A DNA stretch of 64,000 nt from Macrostomum lignano (GCA_002269645.1 NIVC01000037.1:806001-870000), one strand, 5' to 3'. Counted from the first letter of the stretch, positions 24,301 through 37,579 are shown. Numbers and translations: made by a program. The notes: a model not told the origin generated them from the letters alone.

Positions 24301-27300
24301 TAGACGACTGCATTGCTGCTCTGTTTACAACTAGTCAGGTAAGGTTTATTGTATTTTTTCTATAATTTAATGTACTGTTGTCAATTAAGGGTATTTAAGC
24401 TGTGCCGACTTGCAGGCAGTCAGCACGCGCTCAAGGTGTGCAGCGGCACTGACTTTCTGATCGTCAGGCATGTACACTCCCTGTGCCTTTCGTGCATAGG
24501 CCCCAATTGAATGCGGCCGCATACGGAGTTGAACCAGGGATCGTGGGTTGAGGGTCAGAGGCGTCTACCTCTGAGCTGCTAACACCTCAGTTTGTGTCTT
24601 TTGTGGTAGTTTAAAAGTCTAATTTCCTTCACCGCAGGCGAAGTCACTGCTGCCGCTGTGCAGTCCGGATAGCTGGCTCCAGATTCTACCGGAGGATCAG
24701 CGGCCGAGGTCAATTACTGACAGCCAGGAGAGGATTCTGCAGGAAATGGAGTGAGTCTGTTATACCTATATCTAGCATAAACCTAGATTTTAAAATTGCT
24801 ATAATTTGCACGTGTTATTTTTAATTTCAAATTCAAGGATATCACAATCTGGGAGCTCAAACCTACATAGAGTCAGAAGTGTTGGCAGCCTAGCCGCCAT
24901 GTCCCACCCGGGTACATTCCTGAAGTTTGCAGTGCTTAAAAGTTTAGAAGCCCAAGCTTGCAGGCGTAAACAACTTGCTAATTGGTTCAGCAATAATGTA
25001 CATTAGCCAGTCCACTAAAATGTACATGGCAGCTTTAGGCTGGAATTCCGAGAAAGGCAATAAAATTTGGGGCGGGGCGGTTGGAGGGTTAAGAGCCAAT
25101 AAATCAGCCTTGGCTTCAAAATACATTGAAATGCTTCTGTTTAACTTACTACTGAGCTGAAAGTAGCTTACACGCAAATGCAAATGTTCTGAGTGGCCCA
25201 TCTAGCTATTCTAGTTTGTATTAAAATATATAGTATAGTTATATAGTTAAGCTCGTAAATGTCAAATTCGAATCATTCCTAGTCTGAGCGGCCGCATATC
25301 CAGTCCGCTGCCTGGCATGGGCCGGCCGGCAGGTGACAGGCAGTTCTTCTACATCAACAACAGGCCGTGCCAGCTACCAAGGCTAGCCAGACTAGTTAAC
25401 GAAGTCTATAAGCTGTACAACAGGACTCAGCATCCGTTTGTTATTATGCACTTGCGGCTGCCGACCGGTGAGACGGGGTGGGCTTCTGGCATTGGGTAGA
25501 GTTCGCTCACTGAAGGAACCTGGGAAGGTGCGGAAGCGGCACTCACTGAAGGATCTGAGGGGTAGCGGCACTCACTGAAGGATCCGAGGGGTAGCGGCAC
25601 TCACTGAAGGATCTGAGGGGTAGCGGCACTCACTGAAGGATCCGAGGGGTAGCGGCCCTCACTGAAGGATCCGAGGGGTAGCGGCACTCACTGAAGGATC
25701 TGAGGGGTAGCGGCACTCACTGAAGGATCTGAGGGGTAGCGGCACTCACTGAAAGGCTAACCTAAAGGTTAGTAGCACTGAAGGACCTGAAGTTTGCACG
25801 ATTTGATTGAGGCGCCTTCTCGGTGATTTTACCTTAATCGTCCCTGAATCCAATCCATCCTCTCAGACGCTATCGACGTGAATCTGACCCCGGATAAGCG
25901 GTCAATATACCTGTGCCACGAGCACCTGCTTACAGCTTGTCTCAAAGCCCAGCTGCAGCAACGGCTGGATCTGGCCAACGGCTGCTTGTCCATGCCAGTC
26001 AGGGGCCTCGGGCCCGGCCTAACCGACTATCCCGCCACACCCGTCCTGGCGAGTAGCCAGCAGGCGTCCGGCTCCGTTGATGCCGACCCGCCTGACAGCA
26101 GCAGCGGAGCGAATTCGCCTACGCCAATTTGTCGGGTGGGTGTTAAGCTGGTGGCTGTTTTTCGTTATATATAGGGGTTAAGTTGAGGCTATGCTAACTT
26201 ACCAACTAGTTTCCCGTGTAAAACGTTTCCCGTTTAAGTCATTGCAAACAAATCACAAGTGACTCTAGCGACTCCTGTGACTTTTTAATGACTTTTTTAA
26301 CGGAAAGGCAACTGTTGAGTCACGAGGGCATCACTTGAGTTGTTGAATCGTAAGAGTACAGAGTCGCAGACAATAAAACGTCTCAAATTGACTCTTAGGC
26401 AACTCTGACGACTTTTTGGCGACTTGCACCGTGACAGCTCGTCGTTAAAGAGTCATCTAGACTCTAGAGTCACTTCTATTTTACTATTTCCCATTTCCTA
26501 TATCTTCTCCCATCTCTCATCTGGCCTCTCTCCTCTCATCTTCTCAAGGATAGCAGAATGATTTAGTAATTGACAGCCTAGCTTTTTTAAGCGGCTGAAT
26601 TACAGTGCCATTTGGCATTCTGAATTTGGACCAAGGATGCCAGCTGGCATCAGTTTCAAAATTCAGAATCAGATAAAATGCCTACATCTCCACCCTACCC
26701 TTCACAATGCTGAGTCTCTGATCCACAAAATTTTCACAAGTCTACAGACTCCATTTTTTCAGATGACTCAATTTTGACAATTGATAAACATCTGGAAATC
26801 TCATGAATCTTAATACTTATAAAAGTATTGATACTTGTCGCCGAAGGCGTTGCGCTAGAGGGTCCACAACCCTTGCACGCTTGCACCGTATAACACTCTG
26901 TTTCGATTTCCTCCAGAGCCAATCGCCTGTTTTGTCATCAAGGCTTGCGGTTGCTGATGAGGCAGCCGCCGATACCGACGCGGTGACTGGCAAGTCCGCT
27001 CTGGAAAAACTTCGCTCCGCTTTTGCCTGTTCAAAGTCTCGCTCTACCGGAGCAGCCACGGAGTACGCGCCCGTTGCAAAGTCGCCATTGACTAAATCTT
27101 ATTCTGCGCGCTCTCCGCCGAGGAAACGTAAATTTGAAAAACACGTTACTTTTTGGCCTTGAAATACTTGGTCCATATCAAATAGTTGGCACCGGAAAGT
27201 TTCCTCTAAAAGATGCGACACCAGAAAAATGCAAAAATGTCCCTACAAGATTCACCAACGCAAAAATCATCGCTAGAAAACTGACAGTAGAATAATCGCT

Positions 27301-28453
27301 CCTCGAAAGATTCCAAATAGAAAATTCGCCATTAAACAGTTCCGACGCCACATCAATTGCAGGGCAAAAGTCGCTCGCCGCCTTCTGGTCACCAGCCAGC
27401 ATGCGACCAGTTGCTGGCGACGAAGGTGGGGACGATAGTATCGAAACAGTCGAGGCTGCTGGCAATCTCTCGAAGTCGTCCAAGCTAGACACCCCCCAGA
27501 TGGTCACGGTTGAAAAGCCAGACAGCAACGACGAAGCGGACGACGAGGCCGCAATCCAGCCGGAGGAGGATTTTGTCTACGACGACTGTCCAGAATTTGG
27601 CGGCTGCAACGACCCGGCGTTGACCGCCGCCGCCCGGCCTCGAATTGTTTGTCCGTTCCGGCCAGACCGGCTGCTTCAACTGTACGAAACAGACGCCGAC
27701 TGTCGCACGGACGATTCCGCACATGCGCGCTTCCGGGCGCGTATCCGACCGGAAGAGAGCGCCGCCGCCGAAGCCGAGCTGCGCGCCAGCCTGGATCGCG
27801 ACGGCCTGCGTCGGCTCCGCCCAATAGGCCAGTTCAACCTGGGCTTCCTGCCCTCCCTGCTGGACTCCAGCGGCGACCTGTTCCTAGTAGACCAGCACGC
27901 GGCCGATGAAAAGTGCCGATTCGAAGCGTTGCAACGCAGCGACGGTTGTCACCTGACCCGACAGCCCTTGGCCGCGCCTAAACAGCTGCGGCTCACCTTT
28001 GCCCAAGAGGAAACTGTCGCGTCCGCCCTGCCCAGATTCTCCGCCGCCAGATTCGATATGGAATTCGATAGCGAAGCACCTGTTGGTAGTCGATTGAAGT
28101 TGCTATCTGTGCCGCTCGGCCTTGGCAAGTGGAGCTTCGGACTGTCGGATCTCGAGGAGCTCATCGAGCTGGTGTCGGCGGACGGCGACGGCTCCGGCGA
28201 AGTGTCCGCCGAGGCGACGCTTTCGCCGCCGCCACTGCTACTGCCTAGCCGGGTTCGCGCCATGCTGGCTAGCAGGGCCTGCCGATCGGCCGTTATGATC
28301 GGCGACGCTCTTGACGCCAGGCAGCGGGCGAGAATCCTCGCTAGCCTGGCCGAGCTGGACCAGCCATGGAATTGTCCGCACGGCAGGCCGACTATTCGTC
28401 ACCTGTTGCACGTGCCGGAGGCGCTCAAGTCTGTTCCGCTGTATCCGGAATGA
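21310..28453 (+). CDS. PMS2: PMS2 / MutL-alpha endonuclease subunit, about 11 coding exons
   Basis: Exons: 21310-21442, 21535-21621, 21957-22059, 22161-22263, 23064-23236, 24260-24338, 24638-24750, 25283-25467, 25867-26135, 26917-27127, and a last exon ending at 28453 (acceptor unresolved, 27186 or later). GHKL ATPase motifs [22 protein letters not shown] and GTTV; [11 protein letters not shown]; DVNLTPDKR. MutL-C motifs [30 protein letters not shown] and WNCPHGRPT mark the endonuclease (PMS2-type) paralog. Confidence 0.95.
21695..21900. repeat. 39-bp tandem in PMS2 intron 2
   Basis: ggaccaagtagattggggtgtagcatgaggaccaccgaa, about 5 copies. Confidence 0.95.
22325..22860. repeat. 21-bp minisatellite (gggattcactgagtctgaact) in PMS2 intron 4
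   Basis: Tandem copies. Confidence 0.95.
23451..23665 (+). mobile_element. second tRNA-derived SINE family, + copy in PMS2 intron 5
   Basis: A-box-like agcagctcagcggtgaacgc and B box ggttcgattcc; tail attagaaagtcagggccgctgtgcacc shared with 24424-24585 (-) and 10320-10388 (+). Confidence 0.7.
23669..24092 (+). mobile_element. about 430-bp MITE, copy 1 (PMS2 intron 5)
   Basis: Imperfect terminal inverted repeats of about 30 bp (actagaaaaactagataggccactcag / cccatctagtcattttagtatc) and internal ctttcagttcagtag / actgaactgaaag; no coding capacity. Confidence 0.8.
24424..24585 (-). mobile_element. second SINE family, - copy in PMS2 intron 6
   Basis: Reverse complement reads agcagctcagaggtagacgc…ggttcaactcc…gcggccgcattcaattggggc…gatcagaaagtcagtgccgctgcacac, homologous to 23451-23665. 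Confidence 0.7.
24938..25215 (-). mobile_element. MITE copy 2 (partial, inverted relative to copy 1, PMS2 intron 7)
   Basis: Reverse-complement match to about 23670-23975, ending in ctgagtggcccatctagctattctagt. Confidence 0.8.
25505..25755. repeat. 29-bp tandem (gcggcactcactgaaggatctgaggggta) in PMS2 intron 8
   Basis: About 8 copies. Confidence 0.95.
26257..26475. mobile_element. probable small MITE in PMS2 intron 9
   Basis: Perfect 12-bp inverted ends aagtgactctag (26257) / ctagagtcactt (26464), with many internal gactc/gagtc motifs in both orientations. Confidence 0.45.
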
Positions 28454-28660
28454 TTTTTAAAAATGCATATATCAATATTTTATTGTTAGACGATTGATGT
28501 CATGTCATATGATCTAGCTAGGAAAGATTTCCATTTAGCAGAGCAACGAAATTACCAACTTATTATGTCTTTCCTTATATGGATGCGAATATTGAATAGC
28601 TGACTGGTGATAGCTAGGTAAAACGTCTTTTTGGGTGGGTTTTCGCAATCAAAAGCAATT

Positions 28661-28666
28661 AATAAA
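28661..28666 (+). promoter_or_regulatory. candidate polyadenylation signal of PMS2
   Basis: AATAAA about 210 nt after the stop, followed by T-rich sequence. Confidence 0.45.
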
Positions 28667-29597
28667 TGAATTTTTGCCTGTGTACTTTATCCATTTTTTT
28701 ACTCGTTGAGGGTTTTAATTGTTTTTTTCGATCGGTAAGCTTCTAACTATTGTAAATTAATTTGATTTCTCTGACGTTTCTCTACTTCAAATTAGTTTTG
28801 GTATGGATATGGAGAATTTAATTTTGCCTTTCACTGTGCATTTTAAATTGCTAATTTGAAAGAAAAATGACGCAATGCACGAATAGAGTCCAATTGATTA
28901 AATATATGGCTGTCGTCATTTGGATGCATCATTCATGAGGCCAAGATGCAATAGCGCTTATTCGTGCAATGGACTCAATTTAGCCCTGCCAACGTACTAA
29001 ATGCACGAATGCATTTGAAAAATATTAATTATATTTCATTTGATTGCGCACGCTTTTTGTAGTCTTACACTATGTCCTTTGACGTCTCTTTTGCTTTCTG
29101 CATAACAGAATCTGATGCGTGATAAGGAATAGGAGCTAACGTTAGTATTAATTAAACTGCCTTGTCCCAATTTCTCTGTATAACCCATGCTGCTGGATAG
29201 GCAGCTTTTATTGATAACTGCGCGCTAGGGTGGGTTATCGATTTTCTGGTCGGCCCCTCAACCCCCACTTTAAATCGCTGTTGTCTGGATTTCGCATGTG
29301 CGCATGTGGTGTCTGTTTTCGATTTACTGGTCGGCTCTCAATCCCACCGCTCTTTCCTTTCCCATCGCTAACTCCACAATTGTTAAATTTTATTACCGCC
29401 TGCACGCGTGTGGTCGGCGTCGGCCTTCGGGTATCGATTTTCTGTGTGCCCCTCAGCCTCCACTTTTTCTAACCCCACTTTATCACTGTTGGCTAGATTT
29501 TACTACCGCCTGTGCGCATGTGGTGACTGGTGTCTGTTATCGGTTTATTGGTCGGCGCTTAACCTATAGTGCATACGGCTAACCTGTCCTAGTCACA

Positions 29598-30032
29598 GAT
29601 ACTAAAATGACTAGATAGGCCACTCAGGCACATAGTAAAACAGCTTTCTGCTTTCAGTTCAGTAGCAAAAAAGAATACATAAACTGTTTTATGAAAATAA
29701 AGGCAGCAGAAATGACTTTGATAAGTTTAGAAGCCAAGCTTACAAGGAGCGTAAACAACTTGCTAATTGGTTCAGTAATAATGTACACTGGCCAGTCCAC
29801 TGGAATGTACATGGCAGCTTTAGGCTAGAATTTCGGGGAAGGCAATAAAAATTGGGGCGGATAGTGTGGAAAGGCGCGGTTGGAGGAGGGTTAAAGCTGG
29901 GTGTGTAGTGTAAGAGCCATAAATGAGCCTTGGCTTTAAAATACATTAAAATGCTTCTGTCTAACCTACTACTGAACTGAAAGTAGCTTACACGCAAATG
30001 TGCTGAGTGGCCCATCTAGCTATTCTAGTATC
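29598..30032 (-). mobile_element. MITE copy 3 (full length)
   Basis: TIRs gatactaaaatgactagataggccactcag / ctgagtggcccatctagctattctagtatc; same internal sequence as copies 1 and 2. Confidence 0.85.
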
Positions 30033-33000
30033 TTTGGTCCTACCCCCTTACCGCGCTTATATTCTCCATTACCGTTGTGTTGACCGGTCAACTTTCATCT
30101 ATGCGCAATCCAGTTTATTTAGTGGCTTTTGTTGAGACGAGCGATGCAAATGCAAAAAACTATGTGTAAATACATATGCTTCATTGTGCATTTTGATATT
30201 CCGAAAGTTTACTTTCTGCAATTCAGTAGTATTTCTAACTTTTTTCAATTTTTTTCAGACTAAAACCAGCACGATATATGCTCACATTCTTCATCCTAAG
30301 AAACACAAAAAACTTATGACTTTTAGATAAAAATGTATAGCTAATGTTATTTGGTAGATAATGTTTTATCAGTGCTTTGATAAGCTTAAAATTTACTTTT
30401 GCATAACATTTGCCTTAGGAACATTACAAAATGTTGTTCATTACGAAAACAACATTACGAAAACATTAGCATCTCGTACAAAATAACAGATTTTCGAGCT
30501 GTGTTCTTCGAGATTATCGAGCATTCACGCTCCATAGTTTTAAGTAAGCGAACACAGTCAAATCTTAGGCCCAACTTGCATTCTGGGGATGGAACGGCTG
30601 AGCCTTGCTCAAGGAAACTCCTAAGTAATCGTAAGATGATACCAAGCAAGCATGAAAGAGTAAGCCCATTTCTCACCTCTTAGCTAAACACACAAGCCTA
30701 CCTGTATCGGTACAAATGTGACAGTGGCTTCAATCAGATACTTTTCTTCTCTCTCCTATAGAATAAATAAGGTAGTTTGAACACACCTGGGTGGGAAATA
30801 GTCAAATACGCAATACGTCATACATATTATAGTATAAAGTACAACTCAGTTTAAACGGATTACCCGCGTACTTTTCTAGTCAAATAGCAGTTTAAATCAG
30901 TGTGCCCTGCCGCGCGCTTGTGTCTTTCCTTCTGTTTTACATTGCTTCATTTTTTACTATTTTGCACCGAGACGGGGTTGGCCATAAGCAACAAAAGTGC
31001 AAATGGATAGCAAATTCCTGGGATTTTTTGATCCCGTGGTCACGGAATTCAGTGCAGTCCCGAAATTTTTAGTCGAGTATCAGAAAAGAAGCAGATTTTA
31101 AATATTTTCAATAGGAGTTAAATCCTATTCAATTCAATAGGAATACTCGTAGCAAGCCGCGTGAGTTTGCAAACCCTGTGCTATGGTTAAACCTCATTTT
31201 AACTCATAAAAAAGCAAATCTTAGCTAATTCCGTTTAGAGAACACAACTTTGTCTTGCGCATTGCTGGCCTGCGGACTCTAACCATTTTTTCATATTTCT
31301 ATCGTGAATCTACCTCGTACAATATTTAATTGTTCGATTTACAACCTTTTAAAGTTAAAGCATAACACATTTAGTCTTTAAAAGCTGAAATTTGCTGCGT
31401 ATTTTGATCGATTTGCAAAAGTAGCGCCTTGGATAAAATGCGAGTTCTGTTAACTCAGAATCGAGGATGCAGATCGATATGCGTGATCGTCGTATACTCG
31501 TACGTGGGATATTATTTTGTTATTGCAATATAGTGTATAGCCGGTCATATTTAATGCAGCTCTAGTCGACAATGAGTTGGGCGTTCGCTTAGTCGTCACA
31601 CAGTTGTAGTCTACTATTAAGCTGTGAGGCAGCTCCCCAATAATTGATAGTTACCTGAATTTCAGGATCCTTATTAAAAGAAGAATGCAGCGGTCACAGC
31701 GCGAGTTATTCCTTTACTGAGAGTAACCTTACTCTTAACTGCTAAACCCATGATAGCGAAGAAAAATGACAGGTTGATTGGTTAAACAGTCCATAGTAAC
31801 TATAAGCATGTAGCTAAGTCTGCACGCAAGCACGCGATAAGGCAACTTCGGAAAAGACTTCATAAATCATTTTCTTGCTTCGATATATACTATTATTGAT
31901 CTAGTAGAAATGCAGTTCGTTCGTCTTCTACTGCGTTAATTACCGTTCGAAAGTTGTTGAGCGATCTGCCTCCCTTGACCATCCTGCCCGACTGCAGTAA
32001 ATGCCTAGCTTAATCGTCTAATCTGCTGTTTGTGCATTAAGGCTACGCACAGCTTCGAAAGACATGTTCAAGAAGCTATGGAATTAAGCTATACAGTTGG
32101 GGGAGTTCTGACAAGACCGGATTCAGCCGTTCGTTGCCGGCTTGCAACAAGCAAATTTATGGCGCATATTAAAAGATAGCAATCCAGGGAAGCCATTAAT
32201 TCCTTAATGAATTAAAGCTTAATTCTTTCTATACAAGTTAACTACGAGATGAGGCCGATATGGTCACCAGCTTATCGATTCTGAGATCCCCTTTTTTAGG
32301 AGCGTTTCGCTATCTGTTGGCATGTACCTATACAGATGGTGATTAGTCAGTAAAGTTTGCAAGGTTCCTTAGATTATGCCGAAATCAAGGCAATACGGTG
32401 ACCCGCAGCAGTTCGCTGACCCCTTAGCACGCACGTGCTCACGCAGGTGTACACGGTACAGCAGTCCTTACTTTTTCATGCATGCACATTGCCCTTGGGT
32501 GTTGACCTTAATTAAGAATTGAACGACCAGTTCCAGGCCAATATGATTCCGGTGACGGCTTGTCCGACGTGTTACCGCTGACCTTTGCTCCCAAAGCGGT
32601 TGTTAATTAGTAATTGCATCATAAGGCATGAGTTCGTAAAAGGTCATCGTGGCGGCCCGGCTGTAGAGAGGCTTCTCGATGACACTTGTTCATTTCTTTT
32701 GCGGGCGTATCAGGCGTAGAAAAAAATAAGACGCATGCAGATACGAGGATGCGAGTATGCAAAGAATTTCACCAAATACGGCTCTTCTCGGACTTAGTCT
32801 TAAAGATATTTCTCCATTTAATGCAAAGTGCGCTTCTAAAAGGAATTTTAGATTCTCTACTTTTCACTCAATTATGGATGGAAATGTAATGTCTCCAGAT
32901 TTGCAAAGCAACTCGAGTGTTTTGTGTGGAGTCGAAGGCTACAGAAGCAATTAGCATTGGAGTACATACATGTATGTGTATAAGCCTCAAAGGAGGCAGT

Positions 33001-34734
33001 ATCTATCTACCTATCTATTCCGAAAGCTTTTTATTATAGCTTGTTTCGGATACAAAAAAGATGGACTGGATAGGAAATTTGTCTGGGATACAGAAAGAAG
33101 CTTCCATTAACCCATTATTCTCACAGGAAAACTAGAATTTCCTTCATTGGAGCTGTTTCCTGAGTGGAATATGATTATTATTTTTGACCATGGAAGCAAA
33201 GCTCTCAGAACAGAAAGAAAAACAAAGTTAAGTATTGAGAGTTTTTATTTGTGGAAAATGAATGAGTGCTGTAGCCTCAATCTCAGCATCTCAGTAAATT
33301 GACGAGGCCCTGAGGCTGGCGCTTATTTCATGAGAAAGTATAATAGTCATGTGATAGCTAGTCATGTAATTTTCGCCTCATTTCTCTCCGTGATGAGTAA
33401 AAACGTGACTTTCAATCAATTATGTCGGCATTTTGTGATTACAGGCGCAGGCCAGTCAAAAAAATTTAATCACGACTGGAGGGCGAGAATGGGCAGAGGC
33501 TGGGAATCTGTATTTGGTTTTTTGTTAATTCGTTTTTACTACGAGCCGCAGTTTGCTCCAACTTGTGGCTAAGGCAAAGTATATGCTTCAATAAATGTAC
33601 TTTGCTAAGCTATCACGCTTTTCTCTGCGTGGCTCTCACTGAAATCAAAACTAGTACGATTGGAAGACTCGCTAACCCTTTGCCGCACGAGTCCCCTGGG
33701 GAGGAAGAGCGCAGCGGAGTCCCGGGAAATCCGGTTAAAAAAAGGAGACACACTTCACAATTCTAAGAGCCATCATAGTTATAGCGGCGCATGACGAAAG
33801 CGGATTAGAAGCCTCTCGCTAGAGCGGAGTCAATTAAGACGAGTAGACCCTTAATTCGTGTTACATGTACCTCGATGTAATCGACGTATCGTCAAGTATT
33901 TAATAGCTAAATAGACTTGTGTTTATTAACTTCAGTGAGCTTCTGCGACCTGTAGTAGTCGTTGAGAAATGCAATTATTGATGGCATAGGACGTTTCTGA
34001 ACTTATGAAGAAACGAAACAAGTCGTAGGTTGATTGACAAGTTTACCGAGCTAATTTTTCAATTTTGCAGGCCAAACTTCAGTCTTTCCTATCCCTTTGG
34101 TGTACTTTTTATAGACAGACTCTTCCCTACTGATTTGTGTCTATGGTAATACTCCATTTTACAGTATGAAAAACAAAATTTGTGAAAAAAATTTGGGCAC
34201 TTCCAATTTTTCAAACTTTTTAGATCAACTCATGATCAACCCAGACCAAGATGAGAGAGAGGATGAAAGGAGATGATAGAATAGATAAGAGAAGAGAGAG
34301 GAGAGAGTAGAAAAGAAATGAGAGGATAGATGAGATGAGAGATAAAGGGAGAGAAGAGTTAAGAAAAGATGAGAGATGAGGAGACAGAGAATAGAGCTGT
34401 AAAGAGACACAAACCTTGATTGAACGGGATTGCTATTGTGAAGTTCCAAAGGACTGAAGGGCCAGATAGACAAGCTTGATACAAAGAAGCAAATGACTCT
34501 GAAGAAAGTGCAATTAATATATTCGTCATCATTTATAAATAGGTTGCATAAATGTTAGCTTCCAGCTAAAAATAGTTCGCACGAGCGTATTGCGTTGTTT
34601 GCTGTTCGAAAAAAGAGTTGCAATTTCTTGCGCGCAGCAAAGTAGCTCGTTAAACCAGGGTCTATTGCTACAATTTAATATAGACACTTTCATGTTCGGC
34701 AAGTCTTCTGCCTACATTCTATTAGGCATACGGG

Positions 34735-36890
34735 ATTCCCTCCCAAGTGCATATTGGTGTTCCCTCCCAGGTGTATATTGGTGTTCCCTCCCAGGTGTAT
34801 ATTGGTGTTCCCTCCCAGGTGTATATTGGTGTTCCCTCCCAGGTGTATATTGGTGTTCCCTCCCAGGTGTATATTGGTGTTCCCTCCCAGGTGTATATTG
34901 GTGTTCCCTCCCAGGTGTATATTGGTGTTCCCTCCCAGGTGTATATTGGTGTTCCCTCCCAGGGATATGGGATTCCCTCCCAGGGATATGGGATTCCCTC
35001 CCAGGTGTATGCAAACCCAGGTGATTGACTAGAGAACCCAGGTGATTGACTAGAGAACCCAGGTGATTGACTAGAGAACCCAGGTGATTGACAGAGAACC
35101 CAGGTGATTGACTGAAAACCCAGGTGATTGACTGAAAACCCAGGTGATTGATAGAGAACCCAGGTGATTGACTAGAGAACCCAGGTGGTTGACTAGCAAA
35201 CCCAGGTGATTGACTAGAGAACCCAGGTGGTTGACTAGAGAACCCAGGTGATTGACTGAAAACCCAGGTGATTGACTGAAAACCCAGGTGATTGATAGAG
35301 AACCCAGGTGATTGACAAGAGAACCCAGGTAATTGATAGAGAACCCAGGTGATTGATAGAGAACCCAGGTGATTGACTAGAGAACCCAGGTGGTTGGCTA
35401 GCAAACCCAGGTGATTGACTAGAGAACCCAGGTGGTTGACTAGAGAACCCAGGTGATTGACTAGAGAACCCAGGTGATTGACTGAAAACCCAGGTGATTG
35501 ACAGAGAACCCAGGTTATTGACTAGCAAACCCAGGTGGTTGACTAGAGAACCCAGGTGATTGATAGAGAACCCAGGTGATTGACTAGAGAACCCAGGTGA
35601 TTGATAGAGAACCCAGGTGATTGACTAGAGAACCCAGGTGATTGATAGAGAACCCAGGTGATTGACTAGAGAACCCAGGTGATTGATAGAGAACCCAGGT
35701 GATTGATAGAGAACCCAGGTGATTGATTAGAGAACCCAGGTGATTGACAGAGAACCCAGGTGATTGACTAGAGAACCCAGGTGATTGACTAGAGAACCCA
35801 GGTGATTGACTGAAAACCCAGGTGATTGATAGAGAACCCAGGTGATTGACAAGAGAACCCAGGTGATTGATAGAGAACCCAGGTGATTGACAAGAGAACC
35901 CAGGTGATTGATAGAGAACCCAGGTGATTGATAGAGAACCCAGGTGATTGATAGAGAACTTAGGTGATTGATAGAGAACCCAGGTGATTGACAAGAGAAC
36001 CCAGGTGATTGATAGAGAACCCATGTGATTGACAAGAGAACCCAGGTGATTGATAGAGAACCCAGGTGATTGATAGAGAACCCAGGTGATTGACAGAGAA
36101 CCCAGGTGATTGACTAGCAAACCCAGGTGGTTGACTAGAGAACCCAGGTGATTGATAGAGAACCCAGGTGATTGACTAGAGAACCCAGGTGATTGATAGA
36201 GAACCCAGGTGATTGATAGAGAACCCAGGTGATTGACTAGAGAACCCAGGTGATTGACTGAAAACCCAGGTGATTGACTAGCAAACCCAGGTGGTTGACT
36301 AGAGAACCCAGGTGATTGACAAGAGAACCCAGGTGATTGACAAGAGAACCCAGGTGATTGATAGAGAACCCAGGTGATTGATAGAGAACCCAGGTGATTG
36401 ACAAGAGAACCCAGGTGATTGACAAGAGAACCCAGGTGATTGATAGAGAACCCAGGTGATTGACAGAGAACCCAGGTGATTGACTAGCAAACCCAGGTGA
36501 TTGACAAGAGAACCCAGGTGATTGACAGAGAACCCAGGTGATTGACTAGAGAACCCAGGTGATTGATAGAGAACCCAGGTGATTGACTAGAGAACCCAGG
36601 TGATTGATAGAGAACCCAGGTGATTGACTAGAGAACCCAGGTGATTGATAGAGAACCCAGGTGATTGACTAGAGAACCCAGGTGATTGACTGAAAACCCA
36701 GGTGATTGATAGAGAACCCAGGTGATTGACTAGAGAACCCAGGTGATTGATAGAGAACCCAGGTGATTGACAGAGAACCCAGGTGATTGACAAGAGAACC
36801 CAGGTGATTGATAGAGAACCCAGGTGATTGATAGAGAACCCAGGTGATTGATAGAGAACCCAGGTGATTGATAGAGAACCCAGGTGATTG
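34735..36890. repeat. compound minisatellite: 24-bp (ggtgttccctcccaggtgtatatt) then 20/21-bp (agagaacccaggtgattgact)
   Basis: Two abutting arrays sharing the cccaggtg core; the switch is at about 35015. Confidence 0.95.
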
Positions 36891-37579
36891 ATTGATTTGA
36901 GCATGTATTTGTCATGCATCATGATTTGTGTCATGCGCGCTTAATAATGCGTCCCATTTCTGAAATGCCCCCCATGGCATATGCAATCTCCCCCAGGTCT
37001 TGTACGAGGGTATGCGGAATTTCCGACAATGCAAATGGCATGTACTGGAGAACAGGGCTTATAGGGGAGCTATGCTGGAGTTTATCTGAGGCACATGTGA
37101 TTTTCCCAGCTGGTTGGAATTTCCCCTGACGAGCCAGCCGTCTTAGCCAGATTAATTCTCAGAAATTGTCTTCCTGTCTTGAGGAAAATTCTCCAGTTCG
37201 CCAATAAACCAGGCCAGCGGAAAGCGAAAAAGCTGGAGACGAGACGAGACAGCGGAATTCTGGACAGCGGAAAGAATGAGGTCGAGCCGTTGATTCTTGA
37301 AAAATTGCGAATCCGGCCTTGGACACCTGATGAAGCTTCCGCAGTCTCCATGCCTCATTTCCCTTTTAGCGCCTCTCCTATTCGTCTGGTTAATTGTTAG
37401 CGCACCTGTTTTCTCCTCAAATTATTAGTTCAGTAAAACCAAGCAACGGAAATTAAGGCGCCCAACAATTTTTTGCGTCAGTTTCGGTGTGTCATCACAG
37501 ACGTTAAAGTTTATGTTAGAAGATGGGTGTCAGAGGGCGCCAAGGTCCGGCCCAAAGTATATTATATAGGGCATGAGAG

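Noticed and set aside
32490-32650. Cluster of TGACCT/AGGTCA nuclear-receptor half-sites
   Set aside because: Three 6-mers without canonical spacing are within chance expectation.
34590-36934. Many repeat-peptide ORFs (SPGFS/ITWVL/NHLGSL)
   Set aside because: Minisatellite translations with frequent frame changes.
37082-37400. Short ORFs on both strands
   Set aside because: No recognisable motif or supported splice chain; it may be an exon but cannot be supported.
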